Assembly (NCBI GenBank): GCA_050084515.1 | Contig: CM114271.1 | Coordinates: forward strand, 11,842,001-11,906,000 | Length of the DNA stretch: 64,000 nucleotides | Direction of reading: 5' to 3' | DNA from: Blasia pusilla | Taxonomy: Eukaryota | Part shown: one piece after another, positions 46,621-59,800 of the stretch | Numbering within the stretch: position 1 is the stretch's first letter | Layout: every line of letters starts with the position of its first letter | Translations under genes and position numbers: made by a program | The notes under the pieces: generated by a model | What the model saw: only the letters and a program-made list of their open reading frames with translations | Told to the model about the DNA's origin: nothing | Database searches by the model: none

Positions 46621-48464
46621 CTAGGGTAGAGCAGTAGTAGAGTCACAAAGAGGAACGTTTGGGTGTAGCGTGTATATAACAACATCAAGGTAGTGGCTTG
46701 TATCGAGAGAGAAGAGAAAGAGCTTTAGAGCTTGCAACCATTGGGGGGGCTGCCAAGTAAAAGCGGCTAAAGTAGGTCGTAGCAGTTTAGATTAGGTTGT
46801 GAAGGCTCTTGGGTCAAATAGCCACTTAGGTCGTGCAAGTAAAGAGTGGAGACCATCTTAGGGAAAGAATGGGGCTAGAGAGAGTAGTAGGCGTGCAACA
46901 AGCGTTGAGCCGATATAAGGCAGTAAGAGCCTTAACTAGAGTGGGTAGTATCCGAAGTTGGGGAAATGCGTGTCAAACCAGGCGAGCTTCGCGAGTTGAG
47001 GACTGGACCCATAGAAATATGTACATCAAGAAGTAAGTGGAGGTAGGGAGGCACAGAAGGCCCAAGGAGGAGCGTTGAAGGGGCGGAAGGGTTGCCAAGC
47101 ATAGCCGCGGCAGGGTAGAGCGCGCCTAACAGGGTCATGAGGGAGCCATTGCGGGTCTAGTAAGGTAAAGTTACATGCAAGAGGGGAGGGAAAAATTAAT
47201 GTGGAGCAAGATGGGCGTACAGGAGGTGATGCCCGAGTGAGAAGGAATCGGGCTCCATAGGGAGTTTTGTGGGCTCTATATCATCCATTGAGCTTCACAT
47301 AGCTAGGTATAAACGAGCATAGGGAGGTAGGGTGTGCAAGCTTGTGTGGAGACGGAGTGAAGGTGGGGGTGCGTTTAACCAGGGTTGAGCGGCCTCGCGT
47401 AAAAAACTAGAGCCCTGGCATTAACTACGCCAAGTAACCCTCCCTGTGCAAACAGGTTAGGGGGTTCCACTCGGGATACTGCCACAGTGATTCAGGATGC
47501 ACCGATGCTGTAATATGAGTTTTGGGGAGCACTAGATATCCTGTCCACCGCATACGCAGTGTCTTCCATCAATCACAATGAGGCATGGACATGATGTCAT
47601 GTCATGGCCCTGCATGCAATGCCGTCAATAGGAATTCCCCATGATGGAATCATGGAATATGATGCTATAACCTTATAGGGGGCTGGTATTTTGGCGGGAG
47701 AGAAGAAGAAAGGAGAGTCTCTCTTCCAAAAAAAGGGCCAAATCCTTAACCTCTCTTCAAAACTTTCTTCAATTTTTGAGGTTTCTCCCCTACTTTAAAT
47801 GCAAGAAATTTTTAAAAGTGAGTAAGAAGTGCACCACTTTGGGGGAAAAACAAACCATATTTTTTCAGACCAAGATGTGAAGATGGAAATGTAACGTCAA
47901 CAATCAATCATGAAAGTGAATGAGAGTTCATCATCTCTCTCTAGAGAGACCAACCCCCCATCATCAATGAATTTATAGGTGGAATTCCGATATTGTAGGG
48001 CAAAACAGGGAAGATGAAATATGACAGAGCAGACAAAGTAAAGGTGATTTGTGGCAACATATTGGCGGAAATAAGCAGAGGTCGCCAACTCATGTGAGAA
48101 GAGGTCTTTGATATGTCAACAAGTAGTCATGAACTTAAAGGAGCTCAGGTGCACTTGGTCGTGGAGGCGACTAGTAAACTCCCAACTGCTTTCTCGTAAT
48201 CTGCCTTTGCTTCCTAGCAGAGTGCAAATAGTTGCTTCCTCTTCCCCTCCAATAGAAGAATGTTTCTTCCACTCTGGCATATCGCTCTGAACTCGCCCCA
48301 GAAAGTCTCACCAGATCTAGGATCAAGTCTCCGATTCTTGAGCAGAGCTTCACGAGGGTCTTTCTCAATGTCGGGGACTTTTCCCTCCCTCCAAGCACAG
48401 ATTCATGAAAAGTCTTGGGGAAAATTGTAGAGACGTATTCTGATATGAGTTGGTGACCTCTACT

Positions 48465-49540
48465 GCGACGGGTTGCACCGAAATTTGTTCAAAAACCTCT
48501 TTTGGTATGAGTTGGCGGCCCTCAGAAGCAGTCCTCCACATGCTTCCTCTAGACATGCAACCCGTCGGAAATCGATGGGTTGCAATAGCGGAAAATCCGG
48601 ACGTGCTACATGTCGGATACCGATAGGTTGCATGATAGGATTGAGATTCATAAGGGTAACAATAAAAGAACAAATTATCAAGACGTTTAATGTTTCAAAA
48701 ATTTTGTTACTCATGACATAACCTTGGTAGGTACAAAAAAATTGAAAGAGGGAAGTCATCTAAAATTCACAGAAGTGAAAAATCCGAACTTGCAACTTGT
48801 CAAAATCCGACAAGTTGAATGACATCATGAAAAAAAAAGGGCTCAGAGGGAGACCTCCACTGGCTGCCTCTAGACAAGAAACCCATGGATTGGAGTAGCA
48901 GACAATCATCTGGACCTGCAACCAACCAATCATCCGAACCTCCAACATGTTGGATTCAGAGAGGTTGCATGACAGGATTGAGATTCATAAGGGTTAAAAA
49001 ACAAGGCATGTTATGAAGACCTATCCTGTTTCAATTTTGTCACCTTAAAGGTGGAATTATCCTGCAATCTGTCCGAAACCGATGGGTTGCTCTCCAGATA
49101 GTGACATAATTTGTAGCGCTCGCTGATTGCAACATGTCAGATACCGACGGGCTACTCATTAGGCTAGACAAAAGAGCAACATGTCGGAGTCCAACGGGTT
49201 GCTCTACAACTTAGACCGAAACTTGCTTGCAACCCGTCGGGGTCCGACGGGTTGCAAGTAGAATTGTGCCTTACCTATAAGCAACCCGTCACTTTCCGAT
49301 GGGTTGCTTATCATCTTAGGCACAATTCTACTTGCACCCCATTGGGTTCCGATGGGTTTTAATGATCGAAAATAGAAAATTGGATTTGCAACCTGTTGGG
49401 TTCCGACGGGTTGTAAATCCAGTTATCTGTCTCCGCTGATGAGCAACCCGTCGATCTCCGACGGGTTGCACTTCATGTCACTACTATCACTATCTGTCTC
49501 TGCTGACATGCAACCCGTCAGAATCCGACGAGTTGCATGT
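48465..49540. repeat. Array of ~27-bp palindromes GCAACCCGTCGGANTCCGACGGGTTGC
   Basis: About 14 degenerate copies. Perfect 15-bp arms at 49226-49258. Confidence 0.9.
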
Positions 49541-51552
49541 CTGAACCTAGTGTCTAAAATATGGACAAAAATACGAAACCAGCAACTTGGAACTTACCCG
49601 AACTTGATTTGTCGTGGGTACTCATTTTTTATCATCCATGATTGCGTCGTCCGCCAATTGAGTGACCTCTTCACGCACTGAAGGTTGAAGAGCTTGTCTT
49701 CACTCCCTACAGTCAGCACCAAGAAACACCCCTTGTCACTGAGATATGTGTCCGCGAAAGAAAATAGGAGAGCGATCTGGTCATTGGAAAGTGGGATATT
49801 CCAGTCTGGGACAATGTCAGACGGATTGTCGCCCCACAAAAAAAATCTAGAAGGAAAATCGGCTATGAGGAGGTCCGCCGCCACCTCCTCAACGATCCCA
49901 TGGACCGTCCATGGGATGTGCCCATTTTGGATAAGTTTACGCCCTAGCACGGTCAACTTCTCGACGACAGCTGTCAACTCTTGAGTTGAAAAACTTTGCA
50001 ATTTATCGACAAGATCAGTCGGGTGGAGAAGGACAGTAATCCTACTTGTTGTTTCCCTATGCCTGCCCAAGGATGATGGAGTGTATTCCACATCCTTATC
50101 TCCTCCCTCAGACGATCCTGGCGCCTCTCGCTTTCGCTTCTCGCGAGTCTGGTGTCGGCTTGTTGGTGTCTCGGTTACCTTAGACTCCACAGGCATTTTC
50201 TTGGACGAGGATCTTGTCTGCCCCTCTAGCCTTGAAGACTCGGCCTCAGAATGCCTCGACCCCTTCGCCTTGGCTTTCAAATTTTTCCTTGGCGGTGAGT
50301 ACCTTGGACACCAACTGAGCTGTCTCGATGGCTTGCTCCTCCACATCTCCTTCAAAATATTTGTCACTCTTCACAAAGTTGGGGATGTCGTCCTCCGAGT
50401 TGTTGAAGTCCAACCAGATTGGACAATTCAAGACCTCCTACTCGAACATGTCCTGCCCCATCTCCATGTCGTACATGGAGAATCCCTCTCCATCAAGAGG
50501 AGAAGCCCAAATTTTGCAAGCTGCCAGATTTTTGCGCCAGGTACCTGCATTCACACAATAGATGAGGTACCTGTATACCATCCATTGGGCAGCTCTTTGC
50601 CGTGACTCGACCTCTTGTTCCTGAAGATCTCGCTTCCTCTTTACGAAATCCCGTTTTCTCGCTTCTATTTCTTTGTCCAGATCGGCCTGAGGGAGGATGT
50701 GATTCTTGAACATCGTTTGAAAGCCTAGGTTTTTTGCTAACTTATCCCTGATCTCATCAAGCCACAATTCATAATCTTTTGAAGCCTCGAGGTTGGCCTC
50801 CTCCGGAACTAACTCAATCTTTTTGAGCTTCGCTTGTAGACCCAAAATCATCAACTTCCCGAGAAGCCGTAGTGCGTCCCAGAAGAACCATTCTCTAAGG
50901 CAATGGGAGATCACTGGGTCTGATACTCTTGGATCGGAGGGTGGTGTGTCACCTGCTTCTGCGCATCAGTCCCCTCGGGACTGATTTTCATCGGTTAGAT
51001 CCGCCTAAACTCAGATATCTCGGAAAGCGCAAACCTGTGCACGCGCGCAATCCATTCCCTTCTCTCCGATCCGACCCTGTGGGTCTTCGTCCCTCTTCTG
51101 CTGGCGCTTGATTATCACCTTCAACTCCTTGTAGAACTCGTGTCCAAGTTTGGGGTTGAGAATTGCAATGTACCGCTGCATCTTGCTCGTAGTGAACTTT
51201 GTGGCTGTAGACACGACAATCTAAATGAATTTTTCCCACTTCGACATCAAGATGTTTTCCCTTCACTCCACTTCCAATGTGGCGCTCTCCTTGGCTGCCA
51301 AGATTTTGGACCAGCAGAGAATCGTGACCGCTGCATCTTGGGAGATGAAGGTATTCGCCCAAGTCTTCTTAATTTGAGCTCCCTTCGCGAGCATCTCATC
51401 GACCAGATCCTCACCGAGGAATCCCTTATACTGCGATGGGTGCCTTGTAAGCACCTTTTTGACACTATTGCATTCTTGGATCCAATGGTGGGTCAAGCTC
51501 CGCTCGGATACAATCCTCCAAATGCGAAAACAAAGTTAGAATAATGATCCAC

Positions 51553-52545
51553 TTCAACCCGTCGATTTCCTTCTGGTTGCACCACAAAGTATGAAAGAAA
51601 AGATCATGTGAAGAGTCAGTGGAACCCGTCGGAATCTGATGGGTTGCACCACTCTCTACAGATTGCAAGGATGCGCAACACGTCAGACTCCGGCGGGTTG
51701 ATACAAACTCTTGCAGGCCCAATTAATGTAGTTTTTGCAACCCGTCGGACTTCAACGGGTTGCACCACTATTCGCAGATGGCAACGATGTGCAACCCGTT
51801 GGGGTCCGATGGGTTGCACATGCATGTCCATCGGCATGAAGTGATGCATCCCATCGAACTCCAATGAGTTGCACCATCTCAGAATATTGTAAGGATGCGC
51901 AACCCGTCGGACTATGGCGGGTTGCCACAATCTCTTGGAGATGCAATATCTTGGAGGCCCAATTAATGTAGTTTCTGGAACCGGTCGGACTTCGACAGCT
52001 TGCATCAGTGTCCGCAGATGGAAACCATGTGCAACCCATCGGGGTCCAATGGGTTGCACATGCATATCCATCCGCATGAAGTGATGCAACCCGTTAGAGT
52101 CCGACGGGTTGCAAGGAGGCCTGAGAAGCACAAATCTTACCCTACTTTTGAACCAATTTACCAAAAACAAAGAGGTGGTTGCAACTTGTCGGATTTGGAC
52201 CGGTTTCTTTTTCTCCAAAGTGCCTCCTACTTGGTCATTATTTCACCTTTTGTAACCCGTTGGACTTTGATGAGTTGCTTTTAGGCCTCCAATGACTAAT
52301 TTACTAGACCATTCTGCAACCCGTCAGATTGCAGAACACATGTTTCATCCAGAAACTTCACTAGAAATATGTTTATTTTGCAATCCGTCGGACTCTGACA
52401 GGTTGCAGTAGCCAGGTTTCATCCAGAAATCCAAGCTACAAATTACTCATTTTGCAACCCGTCGGAGTCCCAGAGGCTGCAGGACGGTCTAGCGAAATCT
52501 GATAGAAGATGTAAATTCAACCCCCTAAACTCCAACGGGTTGCTG
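51553..52545. repeat. Second palindrome array (intronic), including a 240-bp tandem duplication
   Basis: About 16 copies. AATTAATGTA recurs at 51721 and 51961 with colinear flanks. Confidence 0.9.
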
Positions 52546-53415
52546 GACTATATCCTAAATTGCCCATGGAAGGTCAAAAAGGCTTATGTCTATCATCAAC
52601 TCCTATCATTATTTCCAATCTATATTCTGAACATTTCAGCGACCAACGGGTTGAAGCAATCAAAAAATATTCAGAGAGAAAGATTAACTTACGTATTCAT
52701 TGAATGCATCGCCATCTCCATCATTGCCATGTGATGCGGAAAGGCATGGAGGACAAATTCCCTCACGTAGAAATGCACCTCCAATGAATTTGGGCACTCC
52801 TCTGCAAACCGTGACCATGGCATGAACGTGTGGTTCCCATCCCAGATAAAGAAATAGAGATTCTACATCCAGCTGAATTGGGTTTTTTCAATAGCTCTTC
52901 TGAACTCCTCGTCTCTGATCCTCCAGAATATGTGTCCAAGGCCTCCAGGTCTTCTTCCGTCACCAGAGCCTGCGTTCCATGTTCATCATAAGGCTAAACA
53001 TAGAACGGAGGGAAGTTGTTGATAAAAGATATTGTGGCAACCGACTACTTCAGCTTTGCGATGTCCTCGTCTGACTGAATTTTGCGGACGTAATCCATGG
53101 TCCGCAGTTGACAAAGTGGAATTCTTGGGGACTTGTGATTGTCCACCACTGCAATCTGCTTTACAACCCACAATAATGTCAAGAATGTCAACACGCTGCT
53201 CTTTCATATATGCCGATTAAGAAAGGAATTAAGAAAGCTCTTTCAGATATGCAGATGTCTGCTTACCCTCTAAAAAATTGGGTTGGTGTCGAGGTCGGCC
53301 AGTTGCTCTGGGATAGGAGGTGGCAAGTCTATAGGAAATTCATCCATGTGGAAGAGGTCAATTTCTTCCACCAGGCTGAAGGATGACGACGACTCTTCTC
53401 CTCCTTCTTCAAAGA

Positions 53416-54056
53416 TGTCACCACTTTTTAGGATAGATTGGAGAGATCTGGTAGAATGGCTTCGCGAGTAGAGTAGGACAGGCTCATGACGTCAAGGATG
53501 ACCTGCTGAGGTCCCGGAAAACTTGAGAGAGGAGGTTTCCCCTTTGTTTCGGCCCATTTGGAGCCATATAGAGAAACTTACTATTTTGGGTAAGTTTCCA
53601 TGTTTGGTAGCATTGACTTTCCACTTTGGGAAGTGGCCCTTGACCTGCTAGAGCAGCTTAATAGCCAAGGAGGTGACCTACGAGCAAAGGTTACCGAGGA
53701 GAGAGCTTGGGAGAGGGAAGGGGGTATACCTCAAGGAGAGAGAGCTTGAAAGCTCATTCTCTCTTTGTTGAACCTCTTGGCATGAGGCGGCAGAGCTATG
53801 GTCTTCCTTGCCTTGTCAATGTAACCCAAGCCTCTCATTTGGAGAGTGGGTTTGGTTTGACATTGAGAGAGAGTGCACACATTTGAGAGCTATGGTGTTG
53901 AGAGGGATTGGATCTACTTGATTTACAAATTGGAGATATTTTGGTACTTCTTGTCTTGTTGTTTGGATGCCATGAGTTAGCATGGGATCGTGCGTGTTTG
54001 TGTGTATTTTTTTTGACAGCGATGTATGTTGTGCAACGATGTGTATGCGCATGACA
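53416..54056 (+). mobile_element. Solo-LTR-like insert, same family as 11982-12626
   Basis: TGTCA...TGACA termini with AAGA/GAGA flanks. Removing it restores the minus-strand frame EIVDIS-EEGGEESSSSFSLVEEIDLF. Confidence 0.87.
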
Positions 54057-54814
54057 GAGATGTCCACTATCTCCACACTTTCAGTCCTCATCACCTCCTC
54101 GTCGGTCTTTTGAACTTTTGCGGTCTCTTCAGAAGATTTTAAGTTCATCGTGTCCCCAAACCTCATCGGGTAGATATCCTCCATCTCAACGTTGTCTGTA
54201 GGAAAAGTGGGGCTTTCTTCCATGGCAATAGCCTTTTCCCTCTGCCCTCATGATAGATGCGTCGAGACGCTTCTTCTCTCTCTTCTTGTCCGCGCCTCTT
54301 TTCTTCAAGGCCTTTGATGCCTCGGCCTCTGCGTTCCGCCTTGCAAGCTCCTCTAGCGCAAGCTTTGCCTCAACCTCCTGCGTGTGTATTTTTGCTTCCC
54401 TCTCCCGGTCCTCTATCTCTAATTGCCTAATTTCTGCCGCCGAGCGAGGGCTGGGAGATGGCAACAAAGGAGTCCTTATGGACTTGGGACTGACGCTCCT
54501 AACCTTCGTTGCTTGTGTTTTTTTCCTTGTCATTGTGAATGTCAAAGATCTACACATGTGCACTCCTGAAACTATACTTAAACATAATCGACTATGTCAA
54601 CTCCTGAAGCGCCGTCACTCGGAGCGTCGTAACCTTCCAGCAAAGGGGCTTTGAGTAATCATCGTGTTCAGTAGACGCGGGGACCTCAACTGTCGAGAGG
54701 ACTCAGTGGAGGACAAAGAGAGCCAACTGAAATTATGGAGTGAAAAAGAGAAATGAGCAAAATTTGTGCCTAAAATAGTTTTTGAGCCATTGAGCTGACC
54801 ATTGGGTCTTGGGA

Positions 54815-55590
54815 ACCATTGGATCGACAGGTTGCACGGTTCCCTCGTCGAGGAAAATTGATGGGAGATCCCCGTGCAACCTCGTCAGACTCTGACGGGT
54901 TGCACGGTTCACTCGTAGTAGGAAATCAATTCGAGGTCCACGTGCAACCCGTCAAACTCCGATGGGTTGCACGGTTCCTTCGTAGTAGGAATACGATGTG
55001 AGGTCCCCGTGCAACCTGTTGGACTCTGACAGGTTGCAAGGAAGAAGCCGACCATCATGCAACCTGACGGAACCAAATAGGTTGTACGGGCAGGGGATAC
55101 GTATCGAGAACCCCGTGCAACCCCACAAACTCCGATGGTTTGCCTAGGGTCCATGCATCCTAGAGGGAAATCATTGCCGTGCAACCTGTCAAACTCCGAC
55201 GGGTTGCAAGGACGAAGGTGGGCAACGGGTTGCAAGTTTTCCGATTCGGACAGGTTGCAGTCATCGTCGGGACTTCCTAAGACCCCATGCAACCCTTTGG
55301 ACTCCGATGGGTTGGAGGAGGAGGAGATCAAATTGGGCCATCCCCAGGGTTGGCGGGGAACATAATGAGGGGTTGCGACAGGGAAATCCACCCCGGCTAT
55401 CCGCATGCAACCCGTTGGACACCGAGGGATTGCACTAAGGAAATCCTCTTCACTTTCTCACCCACCATTACGAATGATGGGTGAGAAAGTGAGAACCCCA
55501 TTGGATTGCAACTTGACGGAACCCGACGGATTACAACCGAACGGATTCCAAAATTTTGCAACCTGTTGAACTCCGACGCGTTGCAAATTT
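54815..55590. repeat. Third palindrome array, upstream of the ParB/MTase-like gene
   Basis: About 12 degenerate copies, e.g. GCAACCCGTCAAACTCCGATGGGTTGC at ~54944. Confidence 0.88.
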
Positions 55591-55611
55591 TTGGAGTCAG
55601 ACAATTTGCAA

Positions 55612-55794
55612 CACTAGAAGAAATGTGTGGTTTTTATGACTAGGCTTTAAATGACTCACCGAAAGAATGACTCAAATTATGACTAAAATGGTTTACTCCT
55701 CAATTTATGTTTGCACAACTCACATAATCATCCACTTATTCCTAAAGTAGTTATTAATACCCTTTAGTCAAGACTAGTCGTACTTGTTGCACTT
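55612..55794. mobile_element. CACTA-3 terminus, interrupted by Gypsy-B
   Basis: CACTAGAAGAAATGTGTGGTTTTTATGACTAGG followed by TGACT repeats, matching the other CACTA TIRs. Preceded by CAA, the predicted TSD. Confidence 0.8.
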
Positions 55795-57322
55795 TGTCAT
55801 ATCTAAGTAGCCGATAGGCCGAGATCTATCGTGGATAGGGCATAGGAGCCAGCGGACTATCTTGAGTGTAACTTTGTCCTACGATGTCGGATGAGGTTGA
55901 GGATAGGTCCATTATGTCAGGAATGTCATTTCTGACAACTTTCATGTTGAGATCTTTTACAGTCGGGTGACTTGTTGACCAGGTCACCCGCCCCTAGTAA
56001 CCTGTGCGTGCACGTTACCAAGGGGAGGGCTATTTTTAGGGAAAGAGCCTTTTGGCTCTTCCCAACCCTATATAAGAGAGGAAGATGGCTTTCCTAAGCC
56101 ATCTTTCTCATGTTGGGCCGTTGGAGCACCTCCCTTGTATGTGTGTGAGCTAGGACTAGGGTGCTAGCGTCCGGATTCCTTGATAGCAGAGGGTGGATGA
56201 GGCTCGATATGCCGATGTAGATTGAGGAGTGGAGTTTTAGGCCGGGTGTGCCATTTTTACTACTCTTTATTTTTACATGAGAAACATGTCAGGGGGCTGG
56301 TGGGAATTCGTTGTTTGCAGGTAGGCAAGCGAGTTGCCTTGGTCGGGAGCCCCTGGAGACGCGTGTGTTGTGGGTGTTTGTCATTTTTCTATTTGGAAGG
56401 CCGTGGGCGGAAGCGCTGTCCGCTTTTCTCATATTTTTGTTGGTACGGATTGACGCGGGACAACAGCCGAGTGTATAGTGTGTGGTGGAGCGTCGGGTGT
56501 ACGCGAGTGAGGGTGTCGAGAGAGAGAAGAAAAGAGAGCTGACGGACGGCGGCGGGCGGCGGGCGACGAACGGCGCGCCCCCCTCTCCCCCCATAGGACC
56601 GCCGGCCAAAGTCCCCCAACGTGGTAGGATTGGAGCGGCCGTGGTTGGTAGGACGGACGAGGTCAATCCGGCGAACGTGAGTTGAGATTTGCCGGACATG
56701 ATTGGGAGCCGACCAGGGTGAGTCACGTAACATGCCGCGCGTGAGGATAGACAGAGAAGTTTGCGCGACATGATGTTTTTGGGCACAGGCGTTGCAGTAT
56801 GTAAGAGAGCGATGGATGGAGGGGTGTGCATGATGCCGACGGGTTGTCCGCATCTCTTGACGGGAGGATTGACGTGTTGGTCGAGGAGAGTGTTGTGTTG
56901 CGGAGATTGTCATATCATGTGGAGGAGTGCATGTTGACGGTGCAACAGGTTGGAGGGCGTGATCAGGTTATCCATTCGAGTCCCTTTTCCCGCACTTGTC
57001 GTGTGTGATTGAGAGTGCTGGGTATTGGGTAGTAGCTAGTGCTAGGTGGGTGCAGTGATGGTGATGAGTGTAGATTCTTTTCATGTGTAGCATGTTGGTG
57101 GATATACGACGGTTGCCGAGTAGGGGTCACGGGTATGACCCGAGAGAGTGTCGCTAGGTTAGTTGAGTCAGTTGGGAGGCTCATGGTGAGCCCGAGTGTT
57201 GAGCGTGCGTGAGGCCGAGTATGTCATCACAGGATTGATGTTAGCATAGGTGAGCTAGTGAGGAGTGTGGGAGACTCTTGGTGAGTCTGAGTGCTTGAGC
57301 GGGTGAGACAGGGTTTGTCATC

Positions 57323-58995
57323 ATGACGTTCTTCCAGGGTTCGGAAGAATGGGGTAGTGCAAGCAGTAGTAGTGGTGTGACACGGAGTGGAGTGAGGTAC
57401 CGAGGGGTTACTAGTGAGGAGCTACCTCGACATCCATCCGTGGCTGGATCGTCATCACTAGACACTGGGTCTAGTGACCAGATCTCAGACAGAGACAGTA
57501 GTACTTGGTAGGAGATGGACGACATGAGCCATGAGGGCATGCGTTGTTTCTCGGGTGCAGTGGGCACCATCGACTTAGATGATTTTATCCAGGAGTTTGA
57601 CACATGGTGCGACTTCTAGGAGATACGGACCCCGACACGGTTCAACCCTTTCATGGCATGGAAGGGGTTATTCCAGCACTTGGAGGGTCCTCCGATGGAT
57701 GACTACATGGAGTTTCGATCATTATATTCAGTAGAGATCGATGCCTGGAGGATGTATTGGGCTCCAGGGTATGTGTTCACTAGTGGTCGCGAAGCATATG
57801 ATGGGATTGTGAGAGGAGAGAGATCACACCATCGGCCGGAGACTAGATGGAGAGGAGGGGTGAGACAAAGCGATGTGGCGAGAGACCTCGGTGGTAGAGG
57901 GCCACCCAGCATTTCACAAAGTGGAGTTCTTCCGGCAGTTGGGGAAGAGCTACCAGGCGTACCCACCGACAAGTGAAGAGTCTCTGATTTTCAGCGACGA
58001 TCGGTTGAGAGTCTGAGAGAGGCATTCACACGCATGAGGCGCCTGATCATTGCTACGTTTGGAGTGACTGAGGCGCAGTCAGTCCAATATTGGTACGGGG
58101 TTCTGGACCAAGAACTACGGAGGAGAGTCCGAGATGCGGTGCTGATTCACATAGCGAAGCCCACATTGAAGGTGGTCTTTGAGTTGTCTGAGCGTATTTA
58201 GCTCAACATGAGTGAGGAGCAGGTAGTGATCGATGGATTTTCTTGAGAGTCGACGGGTCCACGAGCGATGGTGACCCCACAGGTGCCACAACGAGCACCA
58301 GTGCCATGGGAGCGGGCCAGTGTGCCTAGAGAGCAGGGCGGATACCGTGAGCCTATGAGGCAACGACCCGCACCTACATATGTTGCCTAGCAGGGACCGA
58401 TGTGGTCTTGTTGGACGTGTGGAGGGTTCCATAGGCAGAGAGACTGCCCACAGCATGGGAGAGGACCACCAGCGCCTCCGATTGCTCAGGAGCCACATAG
58501 GATGGCCCCACCATAGCACCAGTGTGACCATTGCCATAGATATGGTCACACTAGGGATAGATGTTTTGACCTTTGCCGAGGGGCACGTCCAGAGGTAGGC
58601 CGAGGGCCAGGGGGCGGTCGTCCTGGAGGAGGTCGGGGAGTTCTTCCTGGATGTGTTGGTAGAGACCATCACCAGCCAGAGGAGATGGAGCAGGAGCACC
58701 AGAGCCGGCACTTCTCTCACGCATCGATCAGTTGGAGCAGAGGATTGCTGCCATGATGATGATGCAGCTTAGGGAAGGCACGGAGCTGCGAGTAGCTAGT
58801 GTGACTCCAGCTTCTACCTCTTACCCTGACCCGGGTGAGGATCTCGCCAGTATGGGATTTATGTATAGTGCAGCCCAGGTTGAGGCAGCTGCAGTGGTGA
58901 CTCGGGGTGCTGCGAGAGGCAGCGAGCCATCGAGAGGTGGAGTTGAGATTGACCCACCAGAGGGGACCGATGGGCGGCAGGCTAGGGTTCCATAG
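57323..58995 (+). pseudogene. Gypsy-B gag with two zinc knuckles
   Basis: FSGAVGTIDLDDFIQEFDTWCD; ESLREAFTRMRRL; CWTCGGFHRQRDC at 58409-58447; CDHCHRYGHTRDRC at 58523-58564. Contains in-frame stops. Confidence 0.8.
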
Positions 58996-59399
58996 TCGTT
59001 CACATTGTCGGAGGCACTACACACACCATTGATGGTGCCTCGACGACCAAGGTGCCTACAGTTCAGGCACCTACGTCGACGTCACGAGGAGTTGGAGTGA
59101 CAACTCCTATGCCGGCTCAAGTGGAGTCAGTGTCGACCATATTGTTGGAGGTGACCACCAGAGTGAGTCAGACTCCGCTATTTTCCGCCATAGAGTTGGC
59201 GACGTTGGGAGTTGGACCAGCTGAGGTGTTTGTTGGCGCCACGTTGTGTGAGCGTGGAGAGATGATCGCTTGTTGTTGAGGTAGTTGAGGAGGTGGTGGA
59301 CTTGCCCTCGAGCGGTGCTTGGGACGTTCCCCACAAAGTCATGGCATGCGGCGGCGGCGGCGAAGTTGGTAGATATGCCAGCTCGACCGGCCATAGAGC

Positions 59400-59800
59400 G
59401 AGCAGTGGTGACACCTGGAGTAGTGTTACTCGATAATCGAGTTGGAGTATTTCGCTTGGTTAGTCGGACGGGGACAATATACCACCCGCAGCGCGTCCTA
59501 CTTGATTCGGGAGCGCAACCCTTGATGTTAGGGACGACGGCGTGTTTAGCGTTGGGGTTACGAAAGGCCGACATTGAGCCTTGTTCCTTCTTGATATAGA
59601 CCTCGATTGGAGGCATATCACCCACTCAGTATATGACTCGACGGGAGATTGTTGTCAGAGTCCAGCCAGAGCATGCAACGGATAGTGCTATGGTGCGCAC
59701 ACGTGCGATTACGACACCAGCTCAGTCGTACGATGTGTTGGTGGGGAGTACAATGTTATATCCCCTAGGATTCATCCTTGACTTCTGGGAGGAGACCGTT
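59400..59800 (+). pseudogene. Gypsy-B aspartic protease (retropepsin)
   Basis: RVLLDSGAQPLMLG with DSGA at 59504-59515, and downstream YDVLVGSTML. Confidence 0.85.

Larger units (their letters stand above)
48145..54563 (-). pseudogene. Spliced gene with a ParB/Srx-like domain and a beta-class N6-adenine/N4-cytosine methyltransferase-like domain, decayed
   Basis: FFIWDGNHTFMPW at 52844-52827. ADLLIADFPS at 49878-49849, followed by W..ADTYLSDKGCFLV. EKSPTLRKTLVKLCSRIGDLILDL..SG at 48383-48312, then (frameshifted) GRNILLLE at 48270-48247. GTAAG donors at ~53266, ~52692 and ~49597. Multiple stops. Confidence 0.65.

Noticed and set aside
50081-51544. Plus-strand ORFs over the ParB/MTase-like gene
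   Set aside because: They are antisense shadows of the minus-strand coding sequence.
48465-55590. Palindromic repeats with spacers as a CRISPR array
   Set aside because: The repeats are degenerate, spacing is irregular, some spacers are duplicated, there are no cas genes, and the context is eukaryotic and intronic.
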